Origin: Candidatus Omnitrophota bacterium
GTDB taxonomy: Bacteria; Omnitrophota; Gorgyraeia; B26-G9
DNA length: 64,000 bases
Assembly: GCA_043826565.1 (NCBI GenBank)
Contig: JBDRPX010000038.1
Span: forward strand, 70,334 to 134,333
Reading direction: 5' to 3'
Both the position numbers and the translations under genes were made by a program. Below, one piece after another: positions 40,157-50,615 of this stretch. The notes below the pieces were generated by a model. It worked only from the letters and a program-made list of their open reading frames with translations. It was not told the origin of the DNA and ran no database searches. Position 1 is the stretch's first letter, and every line of letters starts with the position of its first letter.

Positions 40157-43100
40157 ATGAAACATGCCGACTTTGTTCATCTTCACGTACATAGTCAGTA
40201 CAGCTTATTGGACGGAGCCTGCCAAGTAGGTAAACTGGTTGATTTAGCGCAGACAATGCGTATGCCGGCACTAACCATCACCGATCATGGGAACATTTTC
40301 GGTGCTGTAGAATTTTACATTGAAGCGATGAAGAAAGGTATAAAGCCGATTATCGGATGTGAAACCTATGTTGCAAAAACAAGTAGATTTAAAAAGATAG
40401 AAGCTGGAATAAGAGAACAATCTCACCATTTAACTCTCCTGGTAAAAAATGAACAAGGTTATAAAAATTTAATACGCCTGGTTACTATCGCGTATCTGGA
40501 AGGGTTTTATTATAAGCCAAGAATAGATAAAGAAGTTCTGGGGCTATATATCAGCGGATTAATCGGTCTTTCCGGATGTTTAAAAGGGGAAATTTCTTCT
40601 TTATTTACAGAAGGTAAAGAAAAAGAAGCTTATGATGTTGCCCAGCAGTATAAAGAACTGTTTGAGCCGGAAAGCTTCTATTTAGAACTCATGGATCACG
40701 GCATTCCTGAACAAAAGAAAGTAAACCGGCAATTAATAAAACTTGGTAAAGATCTGAATATTCCTTTAGTTGCTACTAATGATGTTCATTATTTAAAAAA
40801 GGATATGGCGCATGCTCATGAGGTATTGCTTTGTATCCAGACCCAGACAAATCTTGATGACTCAACGCGGATGAAATTAAAAACTGATGAATTTTATTTT
40901 AAGTCAGCTGAAGAAATGAAGAAATTATTTGCGGAAGTTCCGGAAGCAATTTCAAATACGATCAAGATAACGGAAATGTGTAATCTGGAAATTGATTTTA
41001 GTAAAACGCATTTACCGCAGTATAAACTCCCCGGAGGTCTAACGGCAATTGAAGCTTTAAAACAGGAATGCCTGAAAGTAATTGATTCTAAATATACTAC
41101 GAATCGGGAAGTTGCCGGGAATAGACTGGAGCAGGAGCTGTCGGTTATAAAAAATTCAGGATTCGCCAGCTACTTTTTAATTACTGCGGATTTTGTGCAT
41201 TTTGCTAAACGCAATAGTATCCCTGTTGGTCCGGGAAGAGGATCAGCCGCCGGCAGTATTGTAAGCTACCTTATGGGTATAACTGAGATTGATCCTTTGA
41301 AATATGATCTTCTCTTTGAAAGATTTCTGAATCCGGAAAGAGTCACGTTCCCGGATATTGATATTGACTTTTGTTATGAAAGACGTGATGAAGTTATTAA
41401 ATATGTAACCGAAAAGTATGGGGAAGATAATGTAGCACAAATTATTACTTTTGGAACTATGGCCGCAAAAGGAGTGCTTCGGGATGTCGGAAGAGTAATG
41501 GGCATTCCTTATGCTGATGTTGATAAAATCGCCAAGCTGGTGCCTAATGATCTGAATATAACACTAGCCCAGGCTGTGGAAGCGGAGCCGGAACTAAAGT
41601 TACTTTATCGTTCAGATAAAACTATTAAAGATCTTATCAACACATCCTATGTTCTTGAAGGACTAACTCGACATGCCTCAACTCATGCTGCGGGAGTGGT
41701 TATAAGTGATAAGCCTCTTTATGAATACATTCCGCTTTTTAAGTCTTCTGAGGGACAGATAACTACCGGTTTCACCATGAAATCACTTGAAAAAATCGGT
41801 TTGCTGAAAATGGATTTTTTGGGCCTTAAGACGCTTACAGTTATAAATGAAGCTCTTAAAATTGTCAAGCGTACTAAAAATACAGCTATTGATATTCAGA
41901 ATATCAGTTTAGAAGATAATAAAACTTATGAGTTGTTCGCTAATGCTGAAACCGCCGGTGTTTTTCAGCTGGAAAGTTCCGGAATGAGGGAATTGCTAAA
42001 AAAATTAAAACCGGATAAATTTGAAGACATTATCGCATTACTTGCGCTTTATCGTCCCGGCCCCTTGGGCAGTGGAATGGTTGATGACTTTATCAATAGA
42101 AAAAGAAAAGGCGCAAAGGTTCGTTACGATCATAAGCTGCTTGAGCCGGTACTAAAAGATACGTATGGAATTATACTTTATCAGGAGCAGGTCATGCGTA
42201 TTACTAATGTACTAGCGGGTTTTACATTAGCTCAGGCTGATTTACTGCGTCGAGCTATCGGGAAAAAGATACCTGAGGTAATTGAGAACCAGCGAAAATC
42301 ATTTATAGACGGTGCGCAAAAAAATAATATCGGCAAGAAAATCGCCGAAAGAATTTTTGATCTTATTGAATATTTTGCCGGATACGGTTTTAATAAAAGC
42401 CATTCTGCAGCATATGCGATGATTTCTTACCAAACAGCTTTTCTTAAAGCTAACTTTCCTGTAGAATTTATGGCCGCATTGCTATCGAGCGAAAAAGATA
42501 ATACTGATAAAATAGCTCGTTATATAAATGAAATGAAGCGTATGAAAATACGCATATTACCACCTGATGTTAATGAAAGTTTCTCTCAGTTCACTGTGGT
42601 CGGAGATGATGCGATAAGATTCGGACTTTCGGCAGTTAAAAACGTAGGAAAAGGGGCTGTTGAAGCAATTATTCAGGCTAGAAAATCCGGCGGACCGTTT
42701 ACTTCTCTGGTGAATTTTTGTGAAAGAGTAGATATGAAATCAGCAAACAAAAAAGTCTTAGAAAGTTTAATTAAGTGCGGTGCTTTCGACGGAAAAAGCG
42801 CAAATAGAGCGCAATTGATGGCGGGGTTGGAAAAAATAATGAGTCTTGCCAGTTCTCTTCAGAGAGATCGGCAAAGTGGTCAATTATTGCTTTTTCAAAA
42901 TCCCCAGGAGTCTAAAGGATTGCAAAGTGACTTGCCTGATGTTGAAGAATGGCCGATGTTACAATTACTGTCAAATGAAAAGATGATGTTAGGCTTTTAT
43001 ATTACCGCCCACCCCTTAGAACAATATGATAAAATACTTAAAAGATATGCAATCTTAACAATAACGGAGCTTTTGAATAAAAAAACCATTCCTAATGAGA

Positions 43101-43597
43101 TCTATGTTGCCGGGATTTTAGAAAAAGTAAAAGTAACACTTACAAAAAGGTCTGCGGAAAAAATGGCAATTATTAGAATGGAAGACTTAGAAACATCCCT
43201 GGACCTTTTAGTCTTTCCGGAAACATATCGGAAGACTTCTTCCTGTATTGAAGAAGATAAACTTGTTGTTGTTCAGGGTAAGCTGGATTTAAGGGAAGAT
43301 ACTCCCAAAATCATCGCTTCGAATATTATACCTATTGAAGATATATCTGCAGCATTAGTCAGCAGTATAAATCTGAATATTTCTGGTTTAGCCGCTAAGA
43401 AAAAAGAACTGGCAAAGTTAAAAGAAACAATCCTGTCTCACCCGGGGAAAACCCCTGTCCATCTGGCAATGGGTGCGGCGGCAGGAAGAAAAATCAAGAT
43501 CAAGGCAGAAGCTAGTGTTAATGTTAATAATGAACTGCTCGCTCAACTGGAAGATATCCTGGGAAAAGAAGATGTTTGTATATCTATAAAAAAATAG
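40157..43597 (+). CDS. dnaE: DNA polymerase III alpha subunit
   Basis: 1146 aa with PHP domain (HLHVHSQYSLLDG), polymerase core and OB fold. Confidence 0.92.
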   Translation: MKHADFVHLHVHSQYSLLDGACQVGKLVDLAQTMRMPALTITDHGNIFGAVEFYIEAMKKGIKPIIGCETYVAKTSRFKKIEAGIREQSHHLTLLVKNEQGYKNLIRLVTIAYLEGFYYKPRIDKEVLGLYISGLIGLSGCLKGEISSLFTEGKEKEAYDVAQQYKELFEPESFYLELMDHGIPEQKKVNRQLIKLGKDLNIPLVATNDVHYLKKDMAHAHEVLLCIQTQTNLDDSTRMKLKTDEFYFKSAEEMKKLFAEVPEAISNTIKITEMCNLEIDFSKTHLPQYKLPGGLTAIEALKQECLKVIDSKYTTNREVAGNRLEQELSVIKNSGFASYFLITADFVHFAKRNSIPVGPGRGSAAGSIVSYLMGITEIDPLKYDLLFERFLNPERVTFPDIDIDFCYERRDEVIKYVTEKYGEDNVAQIITFGTMAAKGVLRDVGRVMGIPYADVDKIAKLVPNDLNITLAQAVEAEPELKLLYRSDKTIKDLINTSYVLEGLTRHASTHAAGVVISDKPLYEYIPLFKSSEGQITTGFTMKSLEKIGLLKMDFLGLKTLTVINEALKIVKRTKNTAIDIQNISLEDNKTYELFANAETAGVFQLESSGMRELLKKLKPDKFEDIIALLALYRPGPLGSGMVDDFINRKRKGAKVRYDHKLLEPVLKDTYGIILYQEQVMRITNVLAGFTLAQADLLRRAIGKKIPEVIENQRKSFIDGAQKNNIGKKIAERIFDLIEYFAGYGFNKSHSAAYAMISYQTAFLKANFPVEFMAALLSSEKDNTDKIARYINEMKRMKIRILPPDVNESFSQFTVVGDDAIRFGLSAVKNVGKGAVEAIIQARKSGGPFTSLVNFCERVDMKSANKKVLESLIKCGAFDGKSANRAQLMAGLEKIMSLASSLQRDRQSGQLLLFQNPQESKGLQSDLPDVEEWPMLQLLSNEKMMLGFYITAHPLEQYDKILKRYAILTITELLNKKTIPNEIYVAGILEKVKVTLTKRSAEKMAIIRMEDLETSLDLLVFPETYRKTSSCIEEDKLVVVQGKLDLREDTPKIIASNIIPIEDISAALVSSINLNISGLAAKKKELAKLKETILSHPGKTPVHLAMGAAAGRKIKIKAEASVNVNNELLAQLEDILGKEDVCISIKK

Positions 43598-43629
43598 GTA
43601 TAATAAATAATTAACACAAGGAGAATAAA

Positions 43630-45024
43630 ATGGAAGAAACCTTTGACCTATATAATGAACTGCGAGCAAATACACGGATACGCGCCCGATTAAAGGTCCA
43701 AATACAGCAAGTCAATACTGATGGGTCTTTAGCCCAAACGGTGCTGACAATGGCTAAGGATATCAGTACTACCGGAATACTAGTCGACCTGGATAATGCC
43801 TTACCATTACATTCGAAGATAAAAGTATCCTTTAGGCTGCCCCAAGTGCAACTACCAGTTGAAATAATAACCAAGGTTGTTCGTGTAGAGGAATTTAAAA
43901 ATGGTAGGTTTGGCATTGGAATGATATTTGAAGATATTCTAAATGATAATAAAGAGGAGATAATTAAGAGAATTGAAGTGATGGATATTCTGAAGCTCTT
44001 ACAGGTTACTTATCAAAGAAAAGCCTCAGATTTACATCTTACTTATAACCGCCCGCCAACTTTACGATTGCATGGGCGATTGATTCCTATGGAAACAGAC
44101 CCGTTAGGAACATTAGAATTAAAGAATTTGATTTACAGTATTCTTACTGATGAACAAATAGCCCGCTTTGAAAAATTTCGCGAGCTGGATTTTGCTTTCT
44201 CACCAAACCCTGAGCTGAGATTTAGAGTTAATGTCCATGTGCAAAGAGGCAATGTCGAAGCTACTTTTCGCGTAATTATGCCGGATTTAAAGACATTACA
44301 AGAGCTTGGCTTACCAACTGTAGTAGAGGATTTGGCTTTACGAAAAAAAGGTATTGTTGTGATTGCCGGACCTACAGGGAGTGGAAAAACAACAACTCTG
44401 GCCGCGATGGTAGATATAATTAACCGGAAAAGAGAAGCAGTAATATTGTGCCTTGAAGATCCTATAGAATACATACACAAAAATCTGAATTCTATTATTA
44501 AGCAAAGAGAAATAGGTTCTGATACACTATCTTTTTCCGTAGCGCTTAAAAGAACGCTTCGTCAAGATCCTGATGTTATTGTAGTAGGAGAGTTACTTGA
44601 CGCGGAAACGGTACGTACAGTAGTAACTGCTGCGGAAACCGGGCATTTAGTTCTTACCTCACTGCATGCTCCGGATACAGTACAGGCTATCGACCGACTC
44701 ATAAGCATCTTTCCTCCTCAACAACGTCACCAGGCATGTGTACAGCTGGCAAATAGTTTGCAGGGGATCGTAACACAACTACTTGTTCCTAAAAAGGATA
44801 GGGAAACACGGGTTATTGCTACAGAGGTTATGGTAATGACTGATGCTATTCGCAATCATATTCGCGAAGGACAAACCATACAAATTCCTTCAACTATTCA
44901 AACTGGAGCCAAATATAGAATGCATACAATGGCAGAAAGCTTTAAACGTTTATATTACAACAACATAATCTCTAAAGAGACCGCTCTTGACAATTGTCCG
45001 GAGTTGGCCCAAATAATAACTTGA
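43630..45024 (+). CDS. PilZ-domain fused to PilT/PilU-type retraction ATPase
   Basis: N-terminal ~110 aa has PilZ motifs RANTR (RxxxR) and DISTTG (DxSxxG). The remainder is a PilT ATPase (GPTGSGKTTT Walker A; LxxAxxTGHLVLTSLHA). Confidence 0.75.
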   Translation: MEETFDLYNELRANTRIRARLKVQIQQVNTDGSLAQTVLTMAKDISTTGILVDLDNALPLHSKIKVSFRLPQVQLPVEIITKVVRVEEFKNGRFGIGMIFEDILNDNKEEIIKRIEVMDILKLLQVTYQRKASDLHLTYNRPPTLRLHGRLIPMETDPLGTLELKNLIYSILTDEQIARFEKFRELDFAFSPNPELRFRVNVHVQRGNVEATFRVIMPDLKTLQELGLPTVVEDLALRKKGIVVIAGPTGSGKTTTLAAMVDIINRKREAVILCLEDPIEYIHKNLNSIIKQREIGSDTLSFSVALKRTLRQDPDVIVVGELLDAETVRTVVTAAETGHLVLTSLHAPDTVQAIDRLISIFPPQQRHQACVQLANSLQGIVTQLLVPKKDRETRVIATEVMVMTDAIRNHIREGQTIQIPSTIQTGAKYRMHTMAESFKRLYYNNIISKETALDNCPELAQIIT

Positions 45025-45086
45025 CATAAAAAATGCGATATGATAAAATTTTTCAGTAGTCATTGATAAATGGAAGGATACGAAAA

Positions 45087-45572
45087 ATGATAGATCGGAA
45101 TTTAGAAAGTAAAATAAACCAAATCAAGGATTTTATTGTTTTATGGGAACAATATTATAAACTATACAAACAAACGGCAAATTCCCCAACGTTTACGGAA
45201 GAAGACGAAAAAAACTTTTTGGAACTTAAAAGTAGTTTAGCTAGAAAATATCAGGGTTTAATGGATTCCTTGGGAATTAAACCTACTGCTGAGGACAGAA
45301 CATTTGATGTAATTTCGCAAGTGATGAGTTTAAAAGGTGCTGCGTCCATGTCCCCATTACAGTTACAGAAATTAGAAAATGATTGGCATAATTCATACAT
45401 TACTTTAAATAAGATCATGGGATCCCTCGAAAACCGCAAATCTGAACTAGCTAAAGTCAATGTAATGGGAGAGTTTTTAAAAAAAATATTCACCAATCCG
45501 TTTTTTAATTTGGTGTTAATCATTGTTGTAATTTATTTTATATATTACGTTGTGACAACCATATTAAAGTAA
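45087..45572 (+). CDS. hypothetical tail-anchored membrane protein
   Basis: Soluble helical domain plus a single C-terminal TM helix (FFNLVLIIVVIYFIYYVV). GGAAGGA RBS before the ATG at 45087. Confidence 0.4.
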   Translation: MIDRNLESKINQIKDFIVLWEQYYKLYKQTANSPTFTEEDEKNFLELKSSLARKYQGLMDSLGIKPTAEDRTFDVISQVMSLKGAASMSPLQLQKLENDWHNSYITLNKIMGSLENRKSELAKVNVMGEFLKKIFTNPFFNLVLIIVVIYFIYYVVTTILK

Positions 45573-45606
45573 CCTTAATCAACGGTGGAAAGGAGGCTGA
45601 GCCGGT

Positions 45607-45879
45607 ATGACAAAGAAAGATATTGTGCTCAAAATCGCGAGTGAGACCAAGATGAAACAACAGGACATTAAGAAAATAGTGCAAAAAACTCTGGATACAA
45701 TCATTGAAAGCCTTGTAAATGACAAGACAGTTGAGTTGCGTAACTTTGGAATTTTCAAAGTAAAATCCAGAAGAGGAAGAACAGGGCGTAATCCCAGAAC
45801 CGGTCAGGTAGTCCCCGTACCCCCTAAAAAGGTGGTAGTATTCAAACCTGGGTTGGAAATGAAAAAATTAGTTAAGTAG
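45607..45879 (+). CDS. HU/IHF-family DNA-binding protein
   Basis: 90 aa with the conserved arm RNPRTGQVVPVPPKKVVVFKPG. Confidence 0.85.
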   Translation: MTKKDIVLKIASETKMKQQDIKKIVQKTLDTIIESLVNDKTVELRNFGIFKVKSRRGRTGRNPRTGQVVPVPPKKVVVFKPGLEMKKLVK

Positions 45880-45921
45880 GTGTATTACTAACGCTGAAGA
45901 ATATTTAGGTTATGCATAGAG

Positions 45922-45946
45922 CCCCAATTATTTTAATGGGGTTTTG
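45922..45946 (+). terminator. rho-independent terminator after the HU gene
   Basis: CCCCA-loop-TGGGG stem followed by TTTTGTGCTTTTGG. Confidence 0.55.
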
Positions 45947-45973
45947 TGCTTTTGGTAAAAGAAGAGTGTACTT

Positions 45974-47242
45974 ATGAAATTTAAAGCCTTAAAAGGAGTG
46001 CAAGACATTCTGCCGGGAGAAATTGATAAGTGGGAATATCTCGAAGACTGTGCCAAAGAACAATTTTCTTTATACGGCTTTAATCAAATAAAGATTCCGG
46101 TTATTGAGGAAACCGGTCTTTTTGTGCGCAGTATCGGGCAGCAAACAGATATTGTAGAAAAAGAGATGTACTCTTTTGTAGACAGAGGAAAGAGAGAAAT
46201 ATCACTAAGGCCGGAAGCAACCGCCTCAGTAGTACGAGCCTATCTGGAACATAACCTTACCCAGCTTGGAGTAGCAAAATTATACTATATCGGACCTATG
46301 TTTCGGGGGGAAAAGCCGCAATCCGGAAGAAACCGGCAATTTTACCAGATGGGGATTGAAGCTTTGGGATCCTATGACCCATATTTTGATGCGGAAGTGA
46401 TTACCTTAGCTGTTGAATATCTTACTGAGATCGGTATAAAAAATTTCGATTTAGTATTGAACACCGTTGGATGTTCCCATGATAAAGCTGCGTACGCAAA
46501 ACTCCTAAAAACATATCTTAAAACTGAAGAAAAATCACTATGTGAAAATTGCCAAAACCGCTTAGAAAGAAATGTCCTGAGAGTTCTTGATTGTAAGAAC
46601 CCAAATTGTAAAAAAGTTATTCACTCCGCGCCAATTATTAATGATCACTTATGCTCAGAATGTAATGATCATTTCAAGTCAGTTAAACAATATTTAGATT
46701 TATCCGGAATAGCCTATAATTTAAGTCCTTACCTTGTACGTGGCCTGGACTATTATACTAAAACAGTTTTTGAGATTACACATCAAGGACTGGGTTCGCA
46801 AAATGCAATTTGTGCCGGCGGACGATATGATAATCTAATTAAGGATATGGGCGGGCTTGCTCAGGGCGCAACTGGATTTGCTTTTGGAATTGAACGTTTA
46901 TTATTAGCTGCTAGCGCTGAAGAAATAGTTTTCCCGATTCAGAAAAAAACGGTTATTTATGCTATTGGATTAGGTGAAGATAACTGTAAAGAACTTTTTA
47001 AAATTGTGGCTGTTTTAAGGAGGAAAAAAAATTGTGTTATCAATGGTTTTGAGCAGAAATCATTAAAAGCTCACATGAAGCAGTCCCATAAGCTCGGCAG
47101 TGATATCACCCTGATTTTAGGTGAAGAAGAATTTAAAGATAATTGTATTCTTATCCGCGATATGCAAAGCGGAGAGCAGGAAAAAGTTAAGCTTAACGAA
47201 GTTGTTGCGATACTGGAAAAAAAAATAAAGAATAAGGTCTAA
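45974..47242 (+). CDS. hisS: histidyl-tRNA synthetase
   Basis: Class II aaRS motifs and an inserted Cys-rich segment. 422 aa. Confidence 0.88.
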   Translation: MKFKALKGVQDILPGEIDKWEYLEDCAKEQFSLYGFNQIKIPVIEETGLFVRSIGQQTDIVEKEMYSFVDRGKREISLRPEATASVVRAYLEHNLTQLGVAKLYYIGPMFRGEKPQSGRNRQFYQMGIEALGSYDPYFDAEVITLAVEYLTEIGIKNFDLVLNTVGCSHDKAAYAKLLKTYLKTEEKSLCENCQNRLERNVLRVLDCKNPNCKKVIHSAPIINDHLCSECNDHFKSVKQYLDLSGIAYNLSPYLVRGLDYYTKTVFEITHQGLGSQNAICAGGRYDNLIKDMGGLAQGATGFAFGIERLLLAASAEEIVFPIQKKTVIYAIGLGEDNCKELFKIVAVLRRKKNCVINGFEQKSLKAHMKQSHKLGSDITLILGEEEFKDNCILIRDMQSGEQEKVKLNEVVAILEKKIKNKV

Positions 47243-47243
47243 A

Positions 47244-48398
47244 ATGCCTCATCAAACTACCAAAGATCCAGAAGCAGGTCAACTTGCCCCTTATGCGATG
47301 ACAAGTGCGTGGTCGAAAGGAAGATGTTTTAAGGAAGAAGAGCATCCCTATCGTTCAATATTCCAAAGAGATAGAGACCGCATTATTCACTCCAGTGCCT
47401 TTCGCAGGCTTCAATACAAAACCCAGGTTTTTGTTAATCATGAAGGTGATCAGTACCGGACCCGATTAACACATACTCTGGAAGTAGTTCAAATAGCCCG
47501 CACAATCGCTAAAGCTTTGAGGCTTAACGAAGAACTTGTTGAAGCAATTGCTTTAGCTCATGATATTGGGCATACACCTTTCGGACATGCCGGAGAAGAT
47601 GCTTTGCGCGATATCATGAAAAACCATGGTGGCTTTGAACACAATCAGCATGGCTTACGCGTGGTTGATGTTCTTGAAGAACGTTATCCTGATTTTAAAG
47701 GGCTTAATTTAACTTGGGAAGTAAGAGAAGGCATCATCAAACATGCAACAACTTTTGATGCGCCGACACCCCCCCAAGAATTTGAACCAAAGTTGATGCC
47801 GACCTTAGAAGCTCAAATAGTTGATGTCGCTGATGAGATTGCTTATAATAATCACGATCTTGATGACGGAATTAGGAGCGGATTCATAAAAGAGAAGGAT
47901 TTGGTTGATATTGAACTTTGGCGCTTGGCCAAAAAAATTGTACGGGAAAAATATTCTAATCCGGATGAACACATTGAAAAATATCAAATTATCCGGACTT
48001 TAATTAATATTCAGGTAACGGAACTTCTCGACGCGACAATAAAAAAAATTAATGACCTTAGGATTGATTCACCGGAAAAATCCAGAACCCAAAAAGAAAA
48101 AATTATTACTTTTAAGGATTTGCCGATTAATCCAAAATTAAAAGAACTATCGAATTTTCTCTATAAAAATCTTTACCGTCATTTTAAAGTTGTGCGTATG
48201 TCCAGCAAAGCCAAGCGTTTTATAAAAGAAATGTTTGAGGTTTATCTGGAAAACCCTGAACAGCTGCCAAATCTTCCCAAGGAAAATCTTAACGAAAAGC
48301 AGAAATACTGCTTAGTCTGCGATCATATAGCCGGAATGACTGATCGCTATGCCCTGGATGAATACAAAAAATTATTTCATCCCTGGGAAAAAGTTTAA
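47244..48398 (+). CDS. dgt: dGTP triphosphohydrolase-like HD-domain protein
   Basis: HD motif (THTLEV…HDIGHTPFGH). Confidence 0.8.
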   Translation: MPHQTTKDPEAGQLAPYAMTSAWSKGRCFKEEEHPYRSIFQRDRDRIIHSSAFRRLQYKTQVFVNHEGDQYRTRLTHTLEVVQIARTIAKALRLNEELVEAIALAHDIGHTPFGHAGEDALRDIMKNHGGFEHNQHGLRVVDVLEERYPDFKGLNLTWEVREGIIKHATTFDAPTPPQEFEPKLMPTLEAQIVDVADEIAYNNHDLDDGIRSGFIKEKDLVDIELWRLAKKIVREKYSNPDEHIEKYQIIRTLINIQVTELLDATIKKINDLRIDSPEKSRTQKEKIITFKDLPINPKLKELSNFLYKNLYRHFKVVRMSSKAKRFIKEMFEVYLENPEQLPNLPKENLNEKQKYCLVCDHIAGMTDRYALDEYKKLFHPWEKV

Positions 48399-48453
48399 TG
48401 CACTAACCCTAATAAACACAGTATATAGCGGCTAATAATTTCACATAAATATC

Positions 48454-48482
48454 TTGACAAGCATTGGTACAGAAATTATAAT
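48454..48482 (+). promoter_or_regulatory. consensus sigma70-type promoter
   Basis: TTGACA, 17-nt spacer, TATAAT, 67 nt upstream of the PilZ gene. A G-rich RBS follows. Confidence 0.6.
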
Positions 48483-48548
48483 AGAAATCAGAAAGAATTT
48501 TAATGATTTTAAAAAACATAAAAAAACTTTGTAGCGGGGGGGGGAGTT

Positions 48549-48920
48549 ATGGATAACCACAGGCCCTTTGACGAAAGAAGGAGCTTTTCGAGAATAAATA
48601 TTCCAGAAGTCAGGGCAAATTTCAAATTGCTTAATTTGCGCACCTATTCGACCTACCTTGAAAAAAATCCAGAGCCGGTAGAAAATATTAGTCTTGGCGG
48701 AATGTTATTAAAGAGTTATAATCATTTAGAGAAAAAAACTCCGGTGGCAATCGATTTGAAAGTCGGAACTGAAAATTATTTGATGAGGATTTTCGGCCGG
48801 ATTGCCTGGATAAAGGAAGTAGAAAAAAATGATTACTTGATGGGTATTAGTTTTTCTTGGTGGAATAAGGAAGAGGACAAGAAAAGAATACGAGAATTAA
48901 TAGTAAAAAATAAATTCTAA
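48549..48920 (+). CDS. standalone PilZ-domain protein
   Basis: RRSFSR (RxxxR) and NISLGG (D/NxSxxG) motifs. Confidence 0.7.
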   Translation: MDNHRPFDERRSFSRINIPEVRANFKLLNLRTYSTYLEKNPEPVENISLGGMLLKSYNHLEKKTPVAIDLKVGTENYLMRIFGRIAWIKEVEKNDYLMGISFSWWNKEEDKKRIRELIVKNKF

Positions 48921-48941
48921 TGCTCAGGAGATAAACTTTCA

Positions 48942-50441
48942 ATGAAAGTTTCATATAAAGAAGAAACATTTAACAAGCTAATTGAACATCCTAGCTGGAA
49001 AATAGAGCTTGATTGCTTTTCGAAAATTATTGGTAATGCTGAATGGGCGGTGATTTCGGATAATAAGAAGAATTATAAAAGTCTAGGTAAAAACAGCAAG
49101 CTTAAAGCTTTATCATCAAAAGATTCCGTTAAGCATATTAATAAACTTATTCCTCTGGCGCAAAAAAGCCGAAAAATTCAGAAAAAAATATCATCTGACG
49201 GAAGCTGTTTCTATTGCGTACCTGTAATCCGTGGTGATCAAATCTACGGATATATTGGTATTCGCAGTATGAAATCTGAAATCCCACCAAAGTTTTTAGA
49301 ATTATTTCATGCTTTTACGTCTACCACATTAGAAAGCGCTCAAAAGGAGTTGGAACTTGCAAAACTTTCCGAATCCATCAGACCCCGAGCCATAGCTTTA
49401 TCTACGGTACATACAGTTAATCGAATTATTAGTTCAACTCTGGAAATCGAAGAATTGCTTCCGCGAATTGCCCGGCTAAGCTTGCAGGTTTTACGTGCTA
49501 GACGCTGCACAATTATGATGGTTGATAAAAACAAACGATCTTTAGTCCCTCTGGCCGTTATTGATCTTCAGCAAAAAAAACCAAAACAAGCAATTTTAAA
49601 AATGGGACAAGGTCTTCCGGGAAAAGTAATACGGGATGGGAAAACCATTGTTCGAGATCAATATTTATGCGTGCCGTTTGTTTCTGAGGAAAGCATAATT
49701 GGGGCAATAAGCATTTACAATCAAATCGATAATAAGCCTTTTACAATTTTTGATAAGGAGATCCTGACAACACTTGCGGAGCAAGCTGTAATCGCAATTA
49801 AAAATGCGCAGTTATATGATGAGCAGGAAAAATTAACCTTAAACAGCATTAAGGCTTTAGCATCGGTGTTAAGTTCCGGAGTTACTTTTAATTATGGCAG
49901 AACAAATATATTTATAAACATAACAATGTCTATTGGAATGGAGCTTAAACTCAGGTCTGATGAAATGAGAATTTTGTATTACGCCGCCCTGTTGCATAAT
50001 GTCAGCCAGATGAGTTTACCTGAGAAGCTTTTAAAGAAATCAACTAAACTTACCGGAAAAGACTATAAGATAATCAGAGAGCACCCTTTAGTTGGAGCGC
50101 AGATCATCCGACCTATTGGCGGACGGTTAAAATCCGTGTTGCCGATCATAATTTATCATCATGAAAGATATGACGGGGAGGGATATCCCAGTGGGTTAAA
50201 GGGGGATGATATCCCTTTGGGCGCCCGCATCTTAACAGTTGCGGATTCATTCGAGGCAATGCTTTCAATGCGACCTTATAGAAAAAAAATGACTGTATCA
50301 CAAGCCGTAACTGAAATTGTGAAAAACAGTGGTGAGCAGTTTGACCCGGTTATCGTAGATGCTTTTGTTCGTGTCATAAAAAGATTCCGAAATAAAATTT
50401 TCAAAACCGGCAAAAACGCTTGGGTATGGAAAAACTTTTAA
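48942..50441 (+). CDS. GAF + HD-GYP domain c-di-GMP phosphodiesterase
   Basis: HD-GYP signature (HHERYDGEGYP) with an upstream HD motif and a central GAF-like region. Confidence 0.8.
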   Translation: MKVSYKEETFNKLIEHPSWKIELDCFSKIIGNAEWAVISDNKKNYKSLGKNSKLKALSSKDSVKHINKLIPLAQKSRKIQKKISSDGSCFYCVPVIRGDQIYGYIGIRSMKSEIPPKFLELFHAFTSTTLESAQKELELAKLSESIRPRAIALSTVHTVNRIISSTLEIEELLPRIARLSLQVLRARRCTIMMVDKNKRSLVPLAVIDLQQKKPKQAILKMGQGLPGKVIRDGKTIVRDQYLCVPFVSEESIIGAISIYNQIDNKPFTIFDKEILTTLAEQAVIAIKNAQLYDEQEKLTLNSIKALASVLSSGVTFNYGRTNIFINITMSIGMELKLRSDEMRILYYAALLHNVSQMSLPEKLLKKSTKLTGKDYKIIREHPLVGAQIIRPIGGRLKSVLPIIIYHHERYDGEGYPSGLKGDDIPLGARILTVADSFEAMLSMRPYRKKMTVSQAVTEIVKNSGEQFDPVIVDAFVRVIKRFRNKIFKTGKNAWVWKNF

Positions 50442-50615
50442 GAACGAAAAATGGTGCATTCTTGGCACGTAACATGTGTTAACGCAATAAGATAAAATTC
50501 TTAATCGTGTTTTTGCAAAAAGTTTTACAAAAATCGTTGTGTTTATGGTATTTTTTGATATAATATATATTTAGCTGAATATAATTTCATGCATTCTGAT
50601 ACAGGAGGTATCTTA

